DNA of 64,000 nucleotides from the human T2T-CHM13v2.0 reference genome, Homo sapiens. The notes under the pieces were generated by a model. The model did not search any database, was not told the origin of the DNA, and worked only from the letters and a program-made list of their open reading frames with translations. Location of the stretch: the NCBI RefSeq assembly GCF_009914755.1, contig NC_060926.1; one strand, given 5' to 3'. A program made the translations under genes and the position numbers. Every line of letters starts with the position of its first letter. The first letter of the stretch is position 1. This document shows positions 1 to 12,535 of this stretch, one piece after another.

Positions 1-923
<923 letters not shown>

Positions 924-1059
924 TGATTGTTCCAGCTTCAGTGAACTTTTTGCAGATATTTTAATTACTGCCCATTTGAAACAGAACTCATGTGTTACTC
1001 CTCCTACTCAAGCATACACTTCTTCCTGGATATTCTTTCTTCATTTGTGGCACCAATGT

Positions 1060-2180
1060 CCCTGCAGGCACCAAAACTATCTCACATGTGCATGGCCACC
1101 AGGCCCTTCTGTTATTTCTGTCCTCTCTCCTCAGCTGTTCTTTCTCTCCATTCCCAATGCCATTGACTTAATTCCATGTCTCATCATTATACATCTGGGC
1201 CATTTTCTTAAGTCTTAACTTTTCGGATCTATACACTAGATTCTTATCAAAAAGAGCTTTCCAAAATTTAGATCCAGTGATGTCATTCATCTGCTTCAAA
1301 TTGCCTGAAAGCTCCAAATCTCCTGATTATAAACACCCAAGTAGTTTTTTACGTTTTAGAAAATCCACCATTTTCTGCCCCCAGCCAACACCCCTCCACA
1401 TCACTGATGACCTCAAACTTCACCAGACAGCAGTCCTAAAGCTTGGCAGATCCCCAAACACAGCCTGCGGTTTTAGGCTTCTGTGCATTTCATACACTAT
1501 CCCCATTTCTAGGGATGGCTTGTCTCTTTCTTTGACATCAAACATATTCATACTTTAAATATTGCTAAAACATTACCCTGAACCTCCCTTGCAGAATCAG
1601 CTCCTCAGTTATATGTACAATTTTTTTTCAGTGTATTTTGGGGTCTGAATCACACCTTACCTGTTTAGCTGTCTACATCCTATACTGCTCTGAAAGTTTC
1701 TCATGAACAAGGTCAATGTCTTGTAAGTTCCAGGCTTCTTTCTTGTAGATCCATTTACCACCTTTCCCTGGTAGGAGGAGTACTTACCATGACTTTCTTC
1801 CTCTAGTAGAATCTTCAGTCACACCTGTTCTTCCTTCATGGCTCCTTTTCTCTTGAACAGGTGGTCAGGTTCCATTGATGATCCCACCTCAAAGATCTGA
1901 TGACATTATCTCCTACCTATAGGTTGCAGTAGCATCTGGCATTTGCTAATCTCTGTTCAATTCACTGTCTTCTGTTTAAATATTCAGTTCTTCCATCATC
2001 TCTTTAATCAGCTCCTGCATGAAAGTCCCTTAATTTTTAATACTCAGAGTAGCTCTGTTTTCCTGTTTGAATTTTGACTTATGTAATGCCATACTCAACT
2101 TTGTAGCACTAATACCTAACCCAATGCCAGGCACATTATGAGAGCTCAAAAAATGTTCATGTACCTATAGAATGAATAGG
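1060..2180 (+). mobile_element. L2 LINE 3' remnant, interrupted by an LTR-like insert
   Basis: L2-like ttctctccattcccaatgcc...tcatcattatacatctgg; 3' terminus ccaatgccaggcacattatgagagctcaaaaaatgttc...aatgaat. Confidence 0.6.
1722..2085 (+). mobile_element. Ancient ERVL solo LTR (LTR33-like)
   Basis: Starts TGT; 3' end gtcccttaatttttaatactcagagtagctctgttttcctgtttgaattttgacttatgta resembles LTR33-family termini; splits the L2. Confidence 0.4.
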
Positions 2181-2729
2181 TGGAAGGGATTTAATAGACA
2201 GAAATTGTGATGAAAATACAGGCAGGCTTGAGAAAAAAACTAAATGAGAATGGGAGAAAAAGAAAGGCATCAGAAATGATACTCACATATCTAGTCTACT
2301 ACGTAGTAAATTGAGATGCCATGAAGAAACACTGAAGAGTCTACAAGAAGACATGGTTGACAAGGAAAAAGAATTCACCACTGATTTAAGTTTTTTTCAC
2401 TAAAAATATTTCATGCGCTATAACATCATAATCAAACTACTGAAAAAAAAACAAAGTTGAATAAAAATTCTTGAAAAGAGCTCACTAAAAGTGACACATT
2501 AAATATGGGGAAAAATAAAATGAATGAATATATATTTCTCATAAGATATCAGGGAGGTCAGAAAACAGTAAAATAAAAAATAATAAATGCTCTGAAAGAA
2601 AAGACCTGTCAACCTAGAATTCTATGTCCAATAAAAATACTCTTCAACAATGTATGCAAAATAAAGACAATTTCAATGAAAGCAAATTAAGAAGATGTGT
2701 TGTGAGTGATTGCACTAAAAGAAATGCTA

Positions 2730-2849
2730 GCCAGGTATGGTGGTGTGCACTTGTAGTTCCACATCTTGGGAAGCTGAGGATGGCTTGAGTTCAAGACTTT
2801 GAGACCAGCCAGAGCAACATAGACCTCATCTCTTTAGAAAAGAGAAAAA
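2730..2849 (+). mobile_element. Free Alu monomer (FLAM-like)
   Basis: gccaggtatggtggtgtgcacttgtagttcc...gagaccagccagagcaacatagacctcatctc plus A-rich tail. Confidence 0.8.
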
Positions 2850-2886
2850 TGATAAAGGAAACTCTTCAGGGAATAGGAAAATAATA

Positions 2887-4854
2887 TGATATGGTTTGGC
2901 TCTGTGTCCCAACCCAAATCTCATCTTGTAGCTCCCATAATTCCCACATGTTGTGTAAGGTATCTGGTGAGTGATGATTGAATCATGGTGGTGGGTCTTT
3001 CCTATGCTGTTCTCATGATAGTGAATGGGTCTCACAAGATCTGATGGTTTTAAAAATGGGAATTTATCTGCACAAGCTCTCTCTTTGCCTGCTGCCATCC
3101 ACGTAAGATGTGACCGAGTGCTCCTCTTTGCCATCCATCATGATTGTGAGGCCTCCGCAGCCATATGGAACTGTAGGTCCAATAAACCTCTTTCTTTTGT
3201 AAATTGCCCAGTCTCAGGTATGTCTTTATCAGCAGTGTGAAAATGGAGTAATACAGTAAAATGGTACCAGATGATTTAGGGTATCTGGAGGAAGAAATTT
3301 CTAAGCAGCAAAGCATTCAAGATGTGACTTAGGTGCTGTTAAAATCATTCAGTTTCAAAAAGGAAGCAGAGCATAAAAGCTTGGAAAATTTGCAGCCTGA
3401 CAATGCGATAGAAAAGAAAATCCCATTTTCTAAGGAGAAATTCAAGCCGGCTGCAGAAATTTGCATAAGTAACAAGAAGCCAGATGTTAATCCCCAAAAC
3501 AATGGGGAAAATGTCTCCAGGGCAAGTCTGAGGTCTTCACTGCAGCCCCTGCTCTCATCACAAGGTCGGAGGCTTAGGACAAAAAAGTGGTTTCATATAC
3601 CAGGCCCAGGGTCACCATGCTGTGTGCAGCCTGGAGTCTTGGTGTCCTGCGCCCCAGACACTCCAGCTGTGGCAGAAAGGGACCAATGTAGAGCTCAGGC
3701 CATGTCTTCAGAGGGTGCAAGCCCTGATCCTTGGCAGCTTCCACCTGGTGTTGAGCCTGCAAATGCACAGAAGTCAAGAATTGGGGTTTTGGAACATCCT
3801 CCTAGATTTCCCAGAATGTAGGGAAATGCCTGGATGTTCAGGCAGAAGTTTTCTGCAGGGGCAGGACCCTCACAGAGAACTTTCTGCTAGGGTGTTGCAT
3901 AAGGGAAATGTGGGAATGGAGCCCCCATACAGAGTCCCTACTGGGGCACTACCTAGTGGATCTGTGAGAAGAGAGCCACCGTCCTCCATACCCCAGAATG
4001 GTAGATCACTGACAGCTTGCACCATGTGCCTGGAAAAGCCACAAACACTCAATGCCAGCCTGTGAAAGCAGCAAGGAGAGAGGCTGTACCCTACAAAGCC
4101 ACAGAGACAGAGCTTGCCAAGACCATGGGAACCCACTTGTTGCATCATTGTGACTTGGATGTGAGACATGGAGATCATTTGAGAGCTTAAGATTTGACTT
4201 CCACACTGGATTTTGGACTTTCATGGGGCTTGTAGCCTCTTTGTTTTGGCCAATTTCTCCAATTTGGAAAAGGATTATTTATCCAATGCCCATATCCCCA
4301 TTGTATCTAGGAAGTAATTAACTTGCTTTTGATTTTAAAGGCTCATAGGCAGAAGGAACTTGCCTTGTCTCAAATGAGACTTTGAATGGTGGACATTTGA
4401 ACTAATGCTGAAATGAGTTGAGACTTTGGAGGACTGTTGGAAAAGCATGATTGGTTTTGAAATATGAAGATAGATTTGGGAGGGGCCAGGGCAGAATGAT
4501 ATGGTTTGGCCATGTGTCCCCACTCAAATCCCGTCTTGTGTCTCCCAGAATTCCCACCAGTTGTTGGAGGACTCAGTGGGAGATAATTGAATCGTGGTGG
4601 TGGGTCTTTCCCATACTGTTCTCATGCTAGGTCTCATGAGTTCTGATGGTTTTAAAAATGGGAGTTTCTCTGCACAAGCTCTCTCTTTGCCTGCTGCCAT
4701 CCACGTAAGAAGTAACTTTCTCCTCCTTGACCTCTGTCAAAATTGTGAGGCCTCCCCAACCATGTGGAGCTGTAAGTCCAATAAAACTCTTTCTTTTTTA
4801 AATTGCCCAGTCTCGAGTATGTCTTTATCAGCAGTGTGAAAATGGACTAATACA
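2887..4854 (+). mobile_element. THE1 (THE1C/D-like) MaLR provirus: 5' LTR 2887-3255, internal region, 3' LTR 4497-4854
   Basis: Both LTRs run tgatatggtttggc...aataca; THE1-int sequence lies between them; 5-bp TSD TAATA at 2882-2886 and 4855-4859. Confidence 0.93.
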
Positions 4855-6183
4855 TAATACCAGAGAAATCTAATACTTTAGGAATGAAGAGCATAGTAAA
4901 TGGTAAATATCTGAATCAATATAGTAAAATATATTTATTCTTCTAAGTTTTAAAAAATGTATATGACAGTTGGCAATTTATACCATTGTTTAATAGAAGT
5001 TCCAATGTGTGTGGATATAATACATATAGCAATTATAGCATAAAGGGAGAAAATGAAAGTACCCATATGTTTTCAAGGTTCTGCATTGCACTTGAAGCAG
5101 TAAATATTACTTCTAGGCAAACTTTGAAAAGTTAAGTTGCAAATTGTAATCAATCACTAAAAATATTGTACAAAAAGATACAAATAGCCAATAGATAAAT
5201 TTAAATGGAATAGTGCATAATATTCAAGAAATACAAATGACATAATGGAAAGAAAAATAGATGAAAGAAAAACAAAGAAATCAAACAAAATAATAAAATA
5301 TTAGAACAAAATTTAACAATGCTAATAATTATACTTAATGTAAATAAAGAGTTTAAACACATCAACTATATTGAATTTAAACCAAAACAAACAAAGAAAA
5401 CCATCCACTATATTCAAGAAATCCTATCAGAGGCCTTCTTTAAGTATTATGATATAGATATATTGTAAAAACAGAACAAAAAGAGATGCAATTAAAACAC
5501 TAAATCAAATAAAACTAGGGTAGTTATATTAATACCAAAAAAAGTAGACTTAAGAAGTAGAAAAACTGCTAAGGAAAACAAGAGACATTACATAATGATA
5601 AAGGGTCAATTTCCCAAGAAAAGCAATCAATGTAACTCACTATATTAACAGATTGAAAAGAAAAACCACATAAGTATCTCAACAGATGTATAAATACGTT
5701 TGAAAAAGACTAATATATTTATATAATAAAAACCCCCAGCAGACTACAAATAAGAGAAAATTGCCTTAATCTGATAAAAGGAAACTCAAAAATTCATATA
5801 GATGACATCGAACTTAATGCTCTTCCCTTAAGTTGAGGAGCAAGCAAGCATGTTTACTTTTTATACTTCTATTCAACATCATGAATTCTGGCCAATACAA
5901 CAAAGCAAGACCAATAAAATGTATACAAAATGGAAAAAATACAATTTTTCCTATTCACAGACAACATAATTATTCATGTAGAAATGTTCAAGGAATCTAC
6001 CAAAAAAACCATTCTAGAACAAATAATTGAATTTAGCATGGCTTCAGAATACAAAGTCAACTTATAATGCTTGCTTATATTCCCACATACTTAATTCTAA
6101 ATTGAAGAATTGTAAACTAAAATTAGTAAAACCGTACCATTTATTATAGCTCAAAATTAGTTAGGTGTAAATACAACAACACT

Positions 6184-7610
6184 CAAGGGGACTTCAAAAT
6201 GTTCATAGAAAAATAAAATCAAAAGATAAAAATAAAAAATATAAACTTTATTTCTCTACATATGCTCCATGAACATTAAGATACTTGTTAATGATTATAC
6301 CAACCAATTACTTCATTCCTAAAGAAATGAGGGTCCTGGAAATTTAACCATGTCTGTGCTGTCTTTTTTACATTATTAACTGAAGAAAAATGGATGCCCT
6401 TGACAGATGTTTTAATATTTGGGAAACAAAAAGAAGTCCACAAAAGCCAAATCAGGACTGTAAGTGAATGCCTAATAATTGTCCACCAAAACTCTTGCAA
6501 AATTGACCTTATTTAATGAGAGGAATGAGCAGAAGCATTGTTGTGATAGGGAAGCACTCTCTGGTGAAGCTTCTTCAGGTGCTTTTCTGCTAATGTGTTG
6601 GCTAACTGTCTCAAAGCATATTAATAATAAGGAGATGTTATTGTCCTTTGACCTTCCAGATATGCAGCAAAAAAAATATCTTGAGCAAGCCAAAAATGTG
6701 TTGTCATAACCTTTGCTTTTGACTGGTCCACTGTTGCTTTGACTGAACCACTTCCTCCTCTTGGTAGCCGTTGTTTTGATTGTGCTTTGTCTTCAGGATC
6801 ATACTGATAAAGCCACATTCCATCTCCTGTGAAAATTCTCTGAAGCAATGCTTCAATATCTTGATCCCACGTGTTTAAAATTTCCATAGAAAGCTCTGCT
6901 CTTGTCTGCAGCTGATGTGGGCCCAATGGTTTTGGCACCATTTGGCATTCAAGTAGGTTAACAGGAAGAATACTGAAGGAGACCATTTGCGCTTCTCCTT
7001 AGTTACCAGATCTGAGCATTGTGTTAATGATAGACATAACACCATGTATTCTCCACTGGTTAAAGGCATATGCTCTATCAAGTGGAATGTTTGTTCAACT
7101 TTGGTTTTTTAGTTAGAATTGTGTACAGTGAACCAGTTGAGATGTTTCTGGTGTTGGCTATTGTTTCACCTGCCAGTCTTTGGTGCTTTTCAATTACAGC
7201 ATAAACAAGATAACTTTTTTTCTTACAAGCTAATGTGAATGTAGATTGTCTGCTGCTGTGAACTTCATCTTCAAAATCATCTTGTCACTTCTTACAGTGA
7301 GTTAACCATATATAAACTGCTGATTTTTGAGGGGTCATTGTGCCTATAAACTTTCTATAAAGCAACAATGATTTCCACACTCTTTCATCCATCCAATCTT
7401 CACCACAAATTTGATATTTTTTCTTGCTTCAATTTTAGCGGAATTCATATTGTTCTGATAAGAATGCTTTCCATAGGAAAGTTGTTCTTGTCCTTCTTAG
7501 TGTCTCAAACTAGATCATGTTCAAAAATGCTATATTACATTAATAAGAGTTTATTTTGGTGCAAAAAATTGATAAGATGCATTTTTCATTAACCTTTTGA
7601 AGACCCCTTG
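6184..7610 (-). mobile_element. HSMAR2 mariner DNA transposon, full length, with a defective transposase
   Basis: TIRs caaggggacttcaaaatgttca / ttaaccttttgaagaccccttg followed by TA (7611-7612). Minus-strand ORF 6621-6986 gives VPKPL...RIFTGDGMWLYQYDPEDKAQSKQ (mariner WVP and first catalytic-D motifs). Length is about 1.3 kb after removing the insert. Confidence 0.92.
6949..7073 (+). repeat. 125-bp dispersed duplicate of 9327-9451, inserted in HSMAR2
   Basis: 123/125 identical to 9327-9451 in direct orientation. Confidence 0.95.
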
Positions 7611-8239
7611 TATGAGCAAGATCTACATGCTGAAAATTAATACATACTGATTAAAGAAATCAAAGACCTAAATAAATGGAAGGACATGCTGTGTTAATGG
7701 ATCAGAAAAATTAATATAGTTTATTTAACAACTCTTCACCAAATTTATACTGGGTTATCTCGATTACAATAAAAGTCTAAGCAATATTTTTGTAGATAAA
7801 CTGATTTTAAAATGACATAGAAAAGCAAAAAAAATAGAATAGTCAAAATGTTTTCAAAAAGTAGAATAATGTTGGAGGACTCACATTACCAGATACAAAA
7901 CTTCAATAGTCGACATTATGAGCAAAAATATAGATACCAGAGTCCAGAAATAGATCCACAGTAATATGGTCGATTGTTGTCTAATAAATTTACAAAAAAT
8001 AATTTAATGGATAAAGATAATCTTCTCAAGAAATGGTGCTGGAACAATGGGAACACGGATGGCAAAGAAATAGCATGAGACAATTTGGGGAGATGATGTG
8101 ATTTTCTGTGTTCTCATTGTGGTGGAGGCCAAATAGCGCTATGCAGGTATTAAAGCTCATAAAACTATGTATCAGAAGAAGTGAATGTTATTGTATACAA
8201 TAAAAAAAGCACTTGAGCTATTGTCTATAAAACAGCTAC

Positions 8240-8420
8240 TGTATAATGGAAAGGATCCAGAAGAAAAAAAATCAATTTCAGCTCTATTGCTTCACGTTTA
8301 CGAATCTGGACATTTTGACAGTTCTATTCTTATTTTCCTTATCTATGAGGTAGAAACATTAATATATTTCTCTGAATATTGGTATGAGTGTCATATATGA
8401 GATAATGTGTATAAAAGAAG
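8240..8420 (+). mobile_element. MIR SINE, degenerate
   Basis: ttttccttatctatgaggtag...gagataatgtgtataaaag core and 3' motifs. Confidence 0.5.
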
Positions 8421-8509
8421 TTCATATAACAAATAATTATACAAATATTGAATATAATTGTTATAAAATATTTATCAAAAAAATGTAAAAGAGAATATTG
8501 AAATACTTG

Positions 8510-9890
8510 TTTAAGGGGTATATTATTTAAAGTCCAAGCAGGAAAGAGACTGCACATTAACTGCATAATTTTAGGATAGTTTAAATAAGTGACTATTCAC
8601 AAAGATGTGTGCAGAATGTAGGAAAACCACAAGGACTCTGGAGCCAGCAACAATCAAGGGGAATGTTGATAGGTAATGTCAATGCTGTCATTCGACACTT
8701 GAAATCTCAAAGCCACTACTGTTAGAAAGGAAAACAGAAAAAGTTCATTAACAGGAAACAGCTCTTGGAGCCCCAGTCCTACAGCTGCTCATGCAGCCTA
8801 AATTGGTGGTCATTGCAGCTGCATATTCCACTACCTCCTCTTTGTCCCTCTCCTTCTGCTGTATTGCAGTTGCAGAGGTTGTTTACCTAGTGGAATGAAT
8901 CAAACTTTTGTTTCACTGGGATTTGATTCCTTGGTGGCCTGTTGGTGGTGGTAGGTTTTTTTGTTTGTTTTTTTGTTTGTTTGTTTTGGGGGGTTGTTGA
9001 ATAATTTTACTGGCCAGTACTTTTTGACAAGAGGGTAATAGGAGACTCCCCAATAAATCCTCTGACCCAGGCATAGTCTCCCTTATCCCCACTGTATAAC
9101 AGCAAGCTAAATTTACTTTGGTAATTGAGATCAATCCCTACGGCCACCACAGTGACATCTGTATCTGTTTGTTTTATAGCTTGAGGAAGCCAAAATGGCA
9201 AGTGGCAATCTCAGCTTCCAGCTCAATGGAAGGATGATAATATTCCTGGATGGAAGCACTCACTCCTTAGTTATTAGGCCTTCTAAATACAGAAGGCCTA
9301 GGTTATGGGAACAGAAGGAAAAAAACTCAAGTAGGTTAACAGGAAGAATTCTGAAGGAGACCATTTGCACTTCTCCTTAGTTACCAGATCTGAGCATTGT
9401 GTTAATGATAGACATAACACCATGTATTCTCCACTGGTTAAAGGCATATGCAACACATATAAGAGTGTAGTCCCACATCATGAGGTGTGGGCTCTAACTA
9501 GGGCCATGTTTGAACCTTCAGCAAGCCATTCACTATTCCATCAGGCCAGATGCTTCTGAGGCATGAGGATCTTGGTAAGAACCCATGAACCTCAAGGTTG
9601 CAAGCCCATTACTACACTTCCTTTGCCGTAAAATACATCTCTTGGGCAGAGGCAACATTGTGTGTCAATGAATATGGCATTCTGTAAGTCCAGGAATAGT
9701 AGTTGTGAACGAAGAACTGCAGGTAGGAAAATCAAATCTGTAAGTCAAGTATGTGCCTACCCACGAAGTGCAAGGATTTGGGTTTAATGTGTTCAGCAGC
9801 CACCATGTGGCTGACTGGTCCCCTGGGGGATGGTGAAAAGTGAAATCTCAGAGTTGGTTCCACTGTTTGGCATGTGGGTCACTCATCCCT
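8510..9890 (-). mobile_element. Ancient ERVL-class provirus remnant: LTR-like end plus internal integrase and dUTPase fragments
   Basis: Minus strand near 9790-9880 reads PTCQ...PTL...GDQSATWW across frameshifts (ERVL integrase N-terminal region). ORF 9007-9201 contains VTVVAVGIDLNYQSKFSLLLYSG, a decayed dUTPase motif-3 region. Confidence 0.65.
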
Positions 9891-11835
9891 TTTCCTTCCT
9901 TGTGATCTCCTTCTGCTGCTCTCCATGGTCCAAACCCAACCACAAATCAGTGTCAAGACTTTCAGATTTCTCTATTTTCAAAGTAGAAACTCTGAATTCC
10001 ATGGGACACTCTAGTATCTTTTCTCCCTGTCTCTCATTCCCACCCTCCCTCCACCTTCACTCTTTCCCTTCAGCTATAACACCAGACTATTTTTTGTTTC
10101 ATTTTTATTGATGCAGTAATTTCCTTCACAATATGATGGGTGAGGATAAATAACTACTTCTGTATAATGCTGTATTTAATTTTTGTTTTGTATTTGATCA
10201 CTGAGATAACATTCTTTGGTGGCTGTAGTAAACTTTACATGTATTTCTCCATGTCAAATCCCACATTTAAAATTCTCCTGTCATTATTATGGCCCACAGG
10301 AAGGTGTGAAATTATGTCAGCAACTCTGTGAAATTTAGTGATGGCTGAAAACCAAAGTCCTTCTAACATTCAACATATGAACATCAGCCAGTAGATAAAA
10401 TGTATTTTCTCATGTGTGTCTAGTTCTCTCGTTTTATTATGGAGCATAAAGCTGGCATCTAAATCACAGGGAGCTAGAAGTCTACTGGCATTCCATTATA
10501 CAAGGCCTCCCATTGGAAATCAGGCTTCAGGCACAATAAATAAAACAGAGCTAATGGTGGCAACGAATTGGAGAGCTGAGAATGTATATGGCTATCGTGA
10601 GGAAAAGGGTGACTGTTTCATTATTGCTGCTTGGCAATATTTCACTGTTGTATGTGTATGGAAACGATTCACATGATAGAGAACTTTCGTGATGCAATAG
10701 TTTTTCTTTTGTGCTCTAACAGGAAAAAGGTAAAATTCAAAACCACAAATTAAATCCTTAACTTCCAGATGAACCTCATCACTGAAGAAATGAATATCGA
10801 GCTTTTTAATGATCTGTAAGAAATGCAAAACAATGTCAACATCAGTGTTTTGGATTGTAATGAGCCTGTGGTTAACCTTTCAAGATATGCAGCCAGCGGC
10901 TTGTGCTACAAAAATGGGCTCCAGATAGAAATGATATTTCTCACCCAGCAGGGTGTTTTCCATTAAATTAAAATGTTCAATATTTCTGCACACATTAGCT
11001 TTACTAATTGAAACTAATTTAATGCTCTCAAAAAGCTTAAGAAGCAAATGTGGAGGAACACTGGTATTGAGTGGATTGTGCTGACTGATTAGCAACGTGT
11101 TTCTGTAAACAGGCAGCACAGTGGTTGGCCTACCTGTTGGTGTACTGTTAGACCTTGATGAAAAATGTCAATTTGCATTTGCATTAATGGCCTTTGACGT
11201 CGGTGCTTCACACACTGTTTGCTGGCCTTCTCAGTAGGTACGGATGCCAGCCTCCCTCAGGATGGCTTGCCATTTGCATTAAGTATTTATCACAGAGAGA
11301 AATAGTCATGGCCTGGCACAACACAAACGATGGATTTGGAGAAATCCAAGCAAGTCCCTGGGGATAGAGAAAAAGGAATGTGAGGCTTTTGCTTTCCTGA
11401 GATTTGATGGAATCTTTGAAAAGCTGCTCACCCTTTTCAGTTGGCATGACTACAAGTAGTCTACATTTGTTTATGTCAAGTTGTAAAATTTACCATGCCT
11501 ATTTATATATACATTCAGTAGCCAGTCACGTAGTCAACAAATAGTTTTGTTCAGTGACTACACATATTAGACACAGCTTCAAGAAACTGCTCTGATATAA
11601 TGTCCAATTCTAGTGGTAAGAACTAGTTGATAAATATCTCTGTGTTGGCATAACCTCAGGGAGAACCTTTCTGTCCCTTCCTAAGAAGATGATCTCTTAG
11701 ACTGGCTCATTCCAAATGTGAAGCTGAGAATGCCTCCTGTGTGCCATTGCTCTGCATGCGGTTTACTGGAGTGGGGAGGAACACTTGGGGAATTCCAGAA
11801 CAGAGCTGAATATAAAAGGAAAGGAAAATAGCACG

Positions 11836-11930
11836 AAAAAAAAAAACGCAAAAAAAAAAAATGAGAAGAGACAGAGCTTGAAAATGAGAAGGAAAGACAC
11901 AAAAACAGGTAAAAAAAAAAAAAAAAAAAA
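11836..11930. repeat. Cluster of poly(A) tracts
   Basis: A11, A12 and A20 runs within about 95 bp, with no adjacent retroposon body. Confidence 0.85.
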
Positions 11931-12437
11931 GCAAGAAATTGAAGCAACCCCCTCTAAACCCAGCAGCAACAGAGCACCCTGTGGCTGGTACCAGCAGTGA
12001 CTCCATTCACCCTCAACTTTTGTTGGGTACATGTCACAGATTTCATTAATTCCTCCCAAAAAAGCAATGATAAATATGTAGGGTATATTTCATATGATAG
12101 AATGAAAATGCTTTCTTATGTTCCTTGAGGTGCTATTATACAGACACACCTTCTATCAAAAATATAAGTATGACATAGGTTTTGAAGCTGGCTATCTTCG
12201 CCTTGGAAGTGTCGCAACAGATCTACTTACTTACAATGAAGACAGTGCTTCTCACTGGAGTCTTTCAAAATCTCTCCAGAAACAATGATCTTAGGCTATG
12301 CTGTTTTATCGGGACTATTGTGAATGTATAAACTACTCATTGCTGGTAATGGTAAGCTGAATGGAAGCTATTGAGTAAGTAAATGTGTCTTCAGAGGTCC
12401 TTGTCAGCCTTTGAGAGAAAAAGGACACTCACTTATA

Positions 12438-12535
12438 AATGCAACAAATATTTATTATAGACCTCCCATATGTCAGGATCTGGCCTCAGTTCTGGAGATA
12501 GAGCAGTTGAATAAGAGGTCCCTGCACTAGTAAAA
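12438..12535 (-). mobile_element. L2 3' fragment
   Basis: caacaaatatttatt...tgtcaggatctggcctcagttctggagatagagcag is the reverse complement of an L2 terminus. Confidence 0.55.

Larger units (their letters stand above)
2400..8208 (+). mobile_element. Old mammalian L1 (L1M; MC/MD/ME-like), fragmented and hosting nested insertions
   Basis: ORF1 C-terminal sequence (tgtcaacctagaattctatgtcca), ORF2 pieces at about 5400-6180 and 7611-8060, and a 3' UTR ending aataaaaaaa at 8199-8208. Confidence 0.75.

Noticed and set aside
3333-4065. 162-aa and 147-aa ORFs
   Set aside because: They lie within the THE1 internal region and are decayed MaLR ORF remnants, not host genes; the same applies to the ORFs at 49941-51245
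11681-12059. Overlapping Phe-rich and Lys-rich ORFs
   Set aside because: Translations of poly(A)/poly(T) tracts
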